64,000 nucleotides of DNA, from the IMG/VR virus record IMGVR_UViG_3300036376_000009, positions 25,895 through 89,894 of that record; one strand, given 5' to 3'. The position numbers and the translations under genes were made by a program. This DNA is from a virus (lineage: Duplodnaviria > Caudoviricetes). The stretch's first letter is position 1. Every line of letters starts with the position of its first letter. Shown here in pieces: positions 8,973-15,045 of this stretch. The notes below the pieces were generated by a model. That model ran no database searches and was not told the origin of the DNA. It worked only from the letters and a program-made list of their open reading frames with translations.

Positions 8973-9635
8973 ATGGCCAACAACATCGCGGTCAAGGACG
9001 GCGGCGGGAACAACCAGACCGTCAAGACCACCGACACGTCGGGCGTCCACGTCCCGCATCACAACGTGGACGTCATCCCGCCGCTGGGCGCCACGGCCGA
9101 CGCCGCGGCCGGCAGCGACACCGCGGACAGCTCCGCGATCGGGCTGATCAAGCGGGCCCTGCAGCACCTGACGACCGTGCTCGGCCGCCTCCCCGCGGCG
9201 CTGACCGCGGGCGGCGGCGTCAAGGCAGGCCTGGTCGACGCGGTCCCCACCGGCTCAAACCTGATCGGGGACGTTGCGCTCGGGGCCCGCACCACCGGCG
9301 GCCACTCGCTGCACCGCCTGCTCAGCGCCGCGAGCACCAACGCCACGAGCATCAAGGCCTCGGCCGGCAAGCTCTACGGGATCATGGCTTCGAACATCGG
9401 CGTCGCGCCCGCCTACGTGAAGTTCTACAACAAGGCGAGCTCGCCGACCGTGGGTTCCGACACGCCGATCATGACGATCATGGTGCCCGCCAACCAGGGC
9501 GGCATCGCACGCGAGCTGCTCATCGGCGTCCCGTTCGGGACCGGCCTGGCGATGGCCGTCACCGGGGGAGCCGCCGACGCGGACACCACCGCGGTCGCCG
9601 CCAACGAGGTCATCGTCCACACGCTGTACGCCTGA
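8973..9635 (+). CDS. Putative tail appendage/structural protein
   Basis: C-terminal TNATSIKASAGKLYG...YVKFYNKASSPTVGSDTP beta-sandwich type seen in phage tail regions. Confidence 0.6.
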   Translation: MANNIAVKDGGGNNQTVKTTDTSGVHVPHHNVDVIPPLGATADAAAGSDTADSSAIGLIKRALQHLTTVLGRLPAALTAGGGVKAGLVDAVPTGSNLIGDVALGARTTGGHSLHRLLSAASTNATSIKASAGKLYGIMASNIGVAPAYVKFYNKASSPTVGSDTPIMTIMVPANQGGIARELLIGVPFGTGLAMAVTGGAADADTTAVAANEVIVHTLYA

Positions 9636-9652
9636 GCCAGGAGGACCCGCAG

Positions 9653-9964
9653 ATGCCGACCATCGATCATCCCGCCGCGGTGCAGGCCGCCCAGGAGGCC
9701 CGCGACCTGTGCAACCTGTACACGGCCATCGAGGCCCGAGCGTACGACTGGGCCATCCTCCGCTGGGAGGCGCAGGGCCTGGCCGCCGTCGTGCCCGCCA
9801 CGAGCGACCCGATCGCCGACGCCCAGACCACCACGGGCGCTGCGCCGATCACCGCCGACGACGTGCGGGCGGTGCGGGCGATCGCCGTGCAGATCATCCA
9901 GTCGATGACGCCGGAGCAGAAGGCCCTGGTGAACCGGCTCCGCACCTACCGGGTCGGGGGCTGA
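9653..9964 (+). CDS. Hypothetical phage protein
   Basis: AGGAGG RBS at 9639-9644; ATG at 9653. Confidence 0.6.
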   Translation: MPTIDHPAAVQAAQEARDLCNLYTAIEARAYDWAILRWEAQGLAAVVPATSDPIADAQTTTGAAPITADDVRAVRAIAVQIIQSMTPEQKALVNRLRTYRVGG

Positions 9965-9970
9965 CCCAGC

Positions 9971-11005
9971 GTGCCGCTCCGCTCGTTCAACCCGGCTCTG
10001 CACCGGCGCATGGCGCTGAACGCCACCACGGTGGCGACCGTGGCGCTCGACGCCACCAACGACGGCGTCGGCGCCGTGCTCCAAGTCCCCAAAGCCGGCA
10101 CGATCGACCGCGTCGGCATCTACGCCAGCGCCGTGATCGGCGCACCCCCCACGTACCGCGTCGGCGTCGAGGGCCTGACCACCACCAGGCAGCCCAACGG
10201 CGTGTACCTGGCGAGCGGCAGCGCGTACGTCGACGTCCCGTCCGTGAGCTGGTCGCCCGGCTGGTTCTGGTTCACGCTGGGAACGCCGGTGTCAGTCGCG
10301 GCCGGCGACCGCATCGCCGCCACCGCCCGGTACCAGACCGGCACGGTCAACGCGAGCAACTGCGTCACCGCCGGCTACGGGTTCAGCTCCACGCACCCCG
10401 CGGCCTACGCCCGGCCCTTCGCCCTGCAGCTGGTGGCGGGGACCTGGTCCGCGGTGCGCGTCGCCCCGTTCGTGAGCGTGCGGTACACCGACGGCACCGT
10501 GGTCGGCTTCCCGATCTCGGCCGCGGCCACCACCGAGAGCTGGTCGAACGCCTCGAGCCCGCTGCACCTGGGCTGCGTGTTCACCCCGCCGGTGCGGTGC
10601 CGCCTGTCGGGAGCGGCTCTGGTGATCCGCCCGTCTGCGAGCTCGGACTTCGAAGTGCGCGCGTACGTGGGCGGAGCGTCCAGCCCGGCCAGGTCCGCGG
10701 CCGTCGACGCGGACGTGGACTGGGCGAGCGCGACAACGACCGACCCCGGCGAGGTGGAGTTCGACCCGTTGATCCTCGAGCCCAACGTGCCGGTCCGCGT
10801 GGTCGTTACGCCGACGACCGCCAACGCCATCACCCAGCTGCAGCGGATCAACGTGCCCGACGCGGACTCGGCCGCCGCCTGGATGGGCGACCTGGTCAGC
10901 ACGCGCAGCCCGTCGGTGCTCGCGTGGACCGACGACGTCACCAGGCTCTACCCGGTGTACCCCGTCATCGACCAGGTCGACGCCCAGCCCGGCGCGTACC
11001 TGTGA
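9971..11005 (+). CDS. Putative virion structural protein (homolog of 35298..36347)
   Basis: Two-domain beta-rich protein; PKAGTIDRV and WTDDVTRL motifs parallel 35298. Confidence 0.6.
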   Translation: MPLRSFNPALHRRMALNATTVATVALDATNDGVGAVLQVPKAGTIDRVGIYASAVIGAPPTYRVGVEGLTTTRQPNGVYLASGSAYVDVPSVSWSPGWFWFTLGTPVSVAAGDRIAATARYQTGTVNASNCVTAGYGFSSTHPAAYARPFALQLVAGTWSAVRVAPFVSVRYTDGTVVGFPISAAATTESWSNASSPLHLGCVFTPPVRCRLSGAALVIRPSASSDFEVRAYVGGASSPARSAAVDADVDWASATTTDPGEVEFDPLILEPNVPVRVVVTPTTANAITQLQRINVPDADSAAAWMGDLVSTRSPSVLAWTDDVTRLYPVYPVIDQVDAQPGAYL

Positions 11006-11006
11006 G

Positions 11007-11034
11007 TTGACGCGCCCGCGCCCGCGGGAAGTAT
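11007..11034 (+). promoter_or_regulatory. Putative sigma70-like promoter giving a leaderless transcript
   Basis: TTGACG (11007-12), 16 bp, AAGTAT (11029-34), then ATG at 11041 with no SD. Confidence 0.4.
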
Positions 11035-11040
11035 CCGGGC

Positions 11041-11280
11041 ATGGCGAGCGCGAGCGTGAATGTGGGCGTGAGGTTGGGCGTGCTGTGGCGACTTCAGCTG
11101 CTGGTGGTGACCATCACGGTCGCAATCATGCGGGCCATCGCCGCGGTCCCCGTCGTGGGGAAACCGCTCCGTGGCCAGTGGTCCCTGCGCGTCGAGTTGA
11201 AGAAGTGCCGGCGCCGCCGGGCTGACAACATCACGTTTCGACCGGTGTTGCGGCTCATCAAGCTGCGGGGAATCTCATGA
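11041..11280 (+). CDS. Small basic membrane protein
   Basis: One hydrophobic segment plus Arg/Lys-rich tail; overlaps next start (ATGA). Confidence 0.5.
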   Translation: MASASVNVGVRLGVLWRLQLLVVTITVAIMRAIAAVPVVGKPLRGQWSLRVELKKCRRRRADNITFRPVLRLIKLRGIS

Positions 11281-12053
11281 CCTGGCCGACCACCCCCGGT
11301 TTCTCGAAGGCGAACCTTGACGCGGGCAGCGACTCGCCGGGCCTCGCACGCCCCGACATCTACTCGGCGATGGCCGACCTGGAGAGCGTCATCAACGGCC
11401 GCGGCCAGGCCAGCGGCGTCGCCTCCCTGGGCTCCGACACGCTCGTGCCCCTGGCCCAGCTGCCCGTGACGCCGATCACCACCGGCCGGATGGTCGACGG
11501 CACCGCCGGCGCGGGCAAGACCTGGAACGTCCCCGCGGGCGTCACGCGCGTGCGGGTGCGCGTGGTCGGCGCCGGCGCAGGCGGCGGCTACAGCGGCTCG
11601 GGCGACCACGGAGGCGGCGGCGGCGCGGGCGGGTACGCGGAGAAGCACTTCACCGTCGTGCCGGGCTCAACGTTCACATACACGGTCGGCGCCAAGGGCG
11701 TCGGCAAGTCGAGCGCGGGCGACGGGGACGGGACCGACGGCGGGGCCAGCTCGGTGGTCAGTCCCGCGAGCGCGACGCCCGGCAGCACGACCGTCACCGC
11801 CGCCGGCGGGACCAAGGGGCTCGGCCCCCCGGACCGGTTCGGCGGGGCCGGCGGCAGCACCACCAACGCCGACCTGGGCGTCTCTGGCGGGGCCGGCGTC
11901 TCGGGGGCCACCCGGGGCGGGGCCGGCGGCGGCAGCGCCCTGGGCGGCGGCGTGGCGGGCGCCACGGGCTACGGGGGCGCGGGCGGGTTCGGGTCGGGGG
12001 GCGGGACGTCCGCGTTCAACGGCCTCGACGGGGTCGTGATCTTCGAGTGGTGA
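11277..12053 (+). CDS. Glycine-rich tail fibre-like protein
   Basis: TWNVPAGVTRVRVRVVGAGAGGG...GGGGGAGGY...GVVIFEW is the typical phage Gly-rich domain. Confidence 0.8.
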   Translation: MTWPTTPGFSKANLDAGSDSPGLARPDIYSAMADLESVINGRGQASGVASLGSDTLVPLAQLPVTPITTGRMVDGTAGAGKTWNVPAGVTRVRVRVVGAGAGGGYSGSGDHGGGGGAGGYAEKHFTVVPGSTFTYTVGAKGVGKSSAGDGDGTDGGASSVVSPASATPGSTTVTAAGGTKGLGPPDRFGGAGGSTTNADLGVSGGAGVSGATRGGAGGGSALGGGVAGATGYGGAGGFGSGGGTSAFNGLDGVVIFEW

Positions 12054-12093
12054 ATAGCCGCTGAATGAACACCGCTCGGAAGCCGGAGGCAGT

Positions 12094-12249
12094 ATGGGTT
12101 TGACTCGGATCAAGATCAGCCGCAGGGACAAGCCCGGCCAGTGGCGCCGCCACTTCAAGAGGCAGTTCAGCCGGTGGCTGCGATACCAGGCCAAGCAGCA
12201 CCTGGAGGATGCACCCATTAAGCGCGTGCACCACGGCTACTCGCGGTGA
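12094..12249 (+). CDS. Small basic protein (51 aa; not in ORF track)
   Basis: GGAGG RBS at 12085-89; MGLTRIKISRRDKPGQWRRHFKRQFSRWLRYQAKQHLEDAPIKRVHHGYSR. Confidence 0.5.
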   Translation: MGLTRIKISRRDKPGQWRRHFKRQFSRWLRYQAKQHLEDAPIKRVHHGYSR

Positions 12250-12825
12250 TCACCCGCCGCCGCCGGCCGCGGCCGTCGCCGTCCCGATCATCGGGCCCAG
12301 GCCCAGGCCGAGCGTCATTCGCCGCGGGGGCGTCGCGTCCCCGGTGGGGACGAAGTACGTGATCGTCAGGCCGGCCGAGTCCAGGTCGATCACGCTCGAG
12401 GCGCCCGGGGCGCTGGCGGTCAGGTGCACGGTGATCCCGCTGTTGACGATCCCAGGGGTGAGCACCGCGCTCCACAGGTCCTTGTCGCCCCCGTAGGTGA
12501 GCGTCCCCTCCAGGGTGTTCACCGCCGCGAGCTTCGCTGCGCCGACCACGGTCAGGCCGTTGCCGAGCTGGGCGGTCAGGTCCACGGGCCCGCCGGTGCG
12601 CTTCGCCTGGACGTCGAGCTGCACGCCCGAAATCACCGCGTCGGCGGGTACCGCGAACCCGAAGGCCTCGAGCACGAGCGTTTCGGTGCCACCGCCGGCG
12701 GCGATCGAGGACGACGCGTACGTGTCGTTCGGCGCGTTGAGCGCGTTGCCGGGGTTGGTCCAGCCCGAGCCGCTGGCGCCGTAGGTCTCAACCGCGGTGG
12801 GGTAGCGTGGTCCCGAGCTGGGCAT
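12250..12825 (-). CDS. Putative virion/tail structural protein
   Basis: GWTNPGNALNAPND.YA...LEAFGFAVPADAVISGV resembles phage tail accessory domains. Confidence 0.6.
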   Translation of the reverse strand: MPSSGPRYPTAVETYGASGSGWTNPGNALNAPNDTYASSSIAAGGGTETLVLEAFGFAVPADAVISGVQLDVQAKRTGGPVDLTAQLGNGLTVVGAAKLAAVNTLEGTLTYGGDKDLWSAVLTPGIVNSGITVHLTASAPGASSVIDLDSAGLTITYFVPTGDATPPRRMTLGLGLGPMIGTATAAAGGGG

Positions 12826-12828
12826 CGG

Positions 12829-13188
12829 TCAGCCTCCGGCGCTGCGCATGGCCCGCAGCGCGTCGACCTCGGTCTTGAGCAGCGAGAGCTGCATCCGGTT
12901 GTCCGCGGCCTCGGCGGCCCGCTGGGTGGCCTGGTTCTCGGTGGTCTCGCGCAGGCCTTCCACGGCATCGGCGAGGCTGTTGCTGCTGGCCTGCATGGCG
13001 ATCGCAATGACTTTCTCGGCCTCGGTCTGCAGCCGCTTGCGATTGAGCAGGTCCTTGCCCATGAGGTGGTAGAGGGCCAGGGCGCACAGCGTGAGCGCCA
13101 CGATGACCGCCAGGCCAGGCACCGTCTCGATGCACTTCTGCAGCAGCTGTGCGCCCGTCGAAATTTCGTCCGCCGCGAGTATCAGCAT
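12829..13188 (-). CDS. Holin-like single-TM protein
   Basis: TM segment GLAVIVALTLCALALYHLM followed by coiled coil; GGAGG RBS upstream. Confidence 0.5.
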   Translation of the reverse strand: MLILAADEISTGAQLLQKCIETVPGLAVIVALTLCALALYHLMGKDLLNRKRLQTEAEKVIAIAMQASSNSLADAVEGLRETTENQATQRAAEAADNRMQLSLLKTEVDALRAMRSAGG

Positions 13189-13221
13189 CCGTGGCCGCCT
13201 CCAGGTACCGGCGGCCGGATA

Positions 13222-14619
13222 CTACCGGGGTGCGCGCCCGCGTCTGCCCCTGCGAGGTTCGCTCGCGACGGGCTTGCCCTGCTCGTCCAGCTGCACGCCG
13301 CGCTCGCCGGCAACGTCCCGCCAGGTCGAGTCCGTTCCCTCGAGCACGGCGTTCCGTCCGGTCAGCGTCTGCCAGCGCCGGACCGCGACGTCCACGAACA
13401 CCGGCTGCAGCTCGATCGCGGCGACGACGCGGCCCATCTTCTCGCCGGCGACCAGCTGGGAGCCCGAGCCGCTGAATGGCTCGAAGCACAGGGCCCCGGG
13501 CTGGGTGTGCTTGCGCATCGGCCTGGCGAAGATCTCGATGGGCTTCTGCGTCGGGTGCTCGTTGCCGACCACGCGGCTCTTGCCGTCGAAGTCGATCGGC
13601 CACACGTCGGCGCCCTCGTCCACCGCCACGCGGTTCCCCTGCACGACGGCCGTGGTCCACACGGAGGACTCGGCGCGGGGCGCGACGGGCGGCATGCTCT
13701 TGCTCTTCCAACCCATCAGGCACGGCTCGTGCTGGAACTGGAACATGCACCGGCCGAGCACCGGCGTGGGCTTCACCCACACGATGACCTGGTGGGGGAA
13801 GAGCCCGGCGGCCCGCCACGCCGCCTGCAGCTCTTCGATGCGCGAGTGGGCGTGCCAGCAGTACACCGCGGCCCGGGGCGCCATCACGCGGGCGACCTGC
13901 TCGAAGACCGCGGCGAAGAACGCTGCGGCGTCCTTGATCTCGATCTCGCGGTAGGTCGAGCTCCAGTCCTTGCCCTGGTCCTTGGGGCGGTCGCCGGTGT
14001 AGTTCACGACGTAGGGCGGGTCCGTCGAGACCAGGGCCGGGGCCCGGCCCGCCAGGACGCGGTCGACGTCGGCGGCCTTCGTGCTGTCGCCGCACAGCAG
14101 CCGGTGCTCGCCGAGCTGCCACAGGTCGCCCGCGCGGGTCACCGCCACCGGGGCCGGCTCGGGGGTCTCATCCTCTTCGAGCTGATCGCCGGTCCGCAGT
14201 CCCAGCTGCTCGAGGTCTGCCGCGCCCAGGCCGATCGCGTCGAGGGTGTCGCCCGGGAGCTCGGCCACCAGCTGGGCGAGCGTCGACTTCTCCCACTCGC
14301 TCAGCTCGGCCAGCCGGTTGTCGGCGATCGCGTACGCGGTGCGGTCCACGCCCGAGAGCGGGCTCGCTACCGCCGCCAGGTGGGTCCAGCCCAGTGTGCG
14401 GGCGGCCAGCAGCACGCCGTTGCCCGCGACCACCACGCCGGCTGAGTCCCGCAGGACCGGCCGCTGCTGCCCGAACCGGGCGAGGCTGGCGGCGATCGCC
14501 TCGATGCTGCGGGGAGGGTGGGCCCGGGCGTTGGCCGGGTCGGGCAGGAGCTTGTCGATCGGCACGAGGTGGCGCTCGAGCTCAGGGGCGACGGTGCACA
14601 CGCGGGTCCGGGCGGGCAT
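13222..14619 (-). CDS. ParB-N-terminal + N6A/N4C DNA methyltransferase
   Basis: LLPDPANARAH..FGQQRP...GNG (ParB); TDPPY, HPTQKP and EPFSGSGS MTase motifs; GGAGGA RBS before ATG at 14619. Confidence 0.9.
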   Translation of the reverse strand: MPARTRVCTVAPELERHLVPIDKLLPDPANARAHPPRSIEAIAASLARFGQQRPVLRDSAGVVVAGNGVLLAARTLGWTHLAAVASPLSGVDRTAYAIADNRLAELSEWEKSTLAQLVAELPGDTLDAIGLGAADLEQLGLRTGDQLEEDETPEPAPVAVTRAGDLWQLGEHRLLCGDSTKAADVDRVLAGRAPALVSTDPPYVVNYTGDRPKDQGKDWSSTYREIEIKDAAAFFAAVFEQVARVMAPRAAVYCWHAHSRIEELQAAWRAAGLFPHQVIVWVKPTPVLGRCMFQFQHEPCLMGWKSKSMPPVAPRAESSVWTTAVVQGNRVAVDEGADVWPIDFDGKSRVVGNEHPTQKPIEIFARPMRKHTQPGALCFEPFSGSGSQLVAGEKMGRVVAAIELQPVFVDVAVRRWQTLTGRNAVLEGTDSTWRDVAGERGVQLDEQGKPVASEPRRGRRGRAPR

Positions 14620-14815
14620 GGCGGTCCTCCTTGACCGTGACCTCCAGGCCGAGTTCGCGCATGATGGGCAGCAGGTATCGGAGCTTGATGGTCCGACGTC
14701 CCGACAACCACCGGCCGATGACGTCCCTGTCAACGCCGGTCCTGGCTGCCAGCTCCACGATCGTCATCGAGCGGCGGTTGAGCTGCCGAAGCACGGTGTG
14801 CGCGATCTCGTCCAT
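14582..14815 (-). CDS. XRE/Cro-like HTH regulator
   Basis: MTIVELAARTGVDRDVIGRWLSG; divergent from integrase A. Confidence 0.8.
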   Translation of the reverse strand: MDEIAHTVLRQLNRRSMTIVELAARTGVDRDVIGRWLSGRRTIKLRYLLPIMRELGLEVTVKEDRHARPDPRVHRRP

Positions 14816-15045
14816 GGTGGGCCGGCGTGATGCTGACCCACGATCGACCGGCAGTCACCGTCGCGTGCGCCGGGCTGGCGCATACCCGCGTCAAAAACTC
14901 ACACGCGTGTCTTTATGCGGGCTTTGACGTTGAGAACGGACGCGCAGCCGGCGCAGGGACACGCGCTTGTGGGGACTTATCGATGCTGGCGGCACGGCGC
15001 CCAACCGTGCCCGGGGACACCGGGCGGACCGAACAAGATCCTGAG

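Noticed and set aside
2967-9167. 2,066-aa minus-strand ORF and other long overlapping ORFs (7490..9964, 12424..14445, 19625..21823, 37025..39256, 50018..51892, 54265..56349)
   Set aside because: Shadow frames of recognisable GC3-biased genes on the other strand or frame, with typical antisense amino-acid composition. This differs from 57156-57855, where the bias favours the minus strand.
4233-12053. Diversity-generating retroelement targeting tail genes
   Set aside because: No reverse transcriptase and no TR/VR pair with adenine-specific differences seen in the window.
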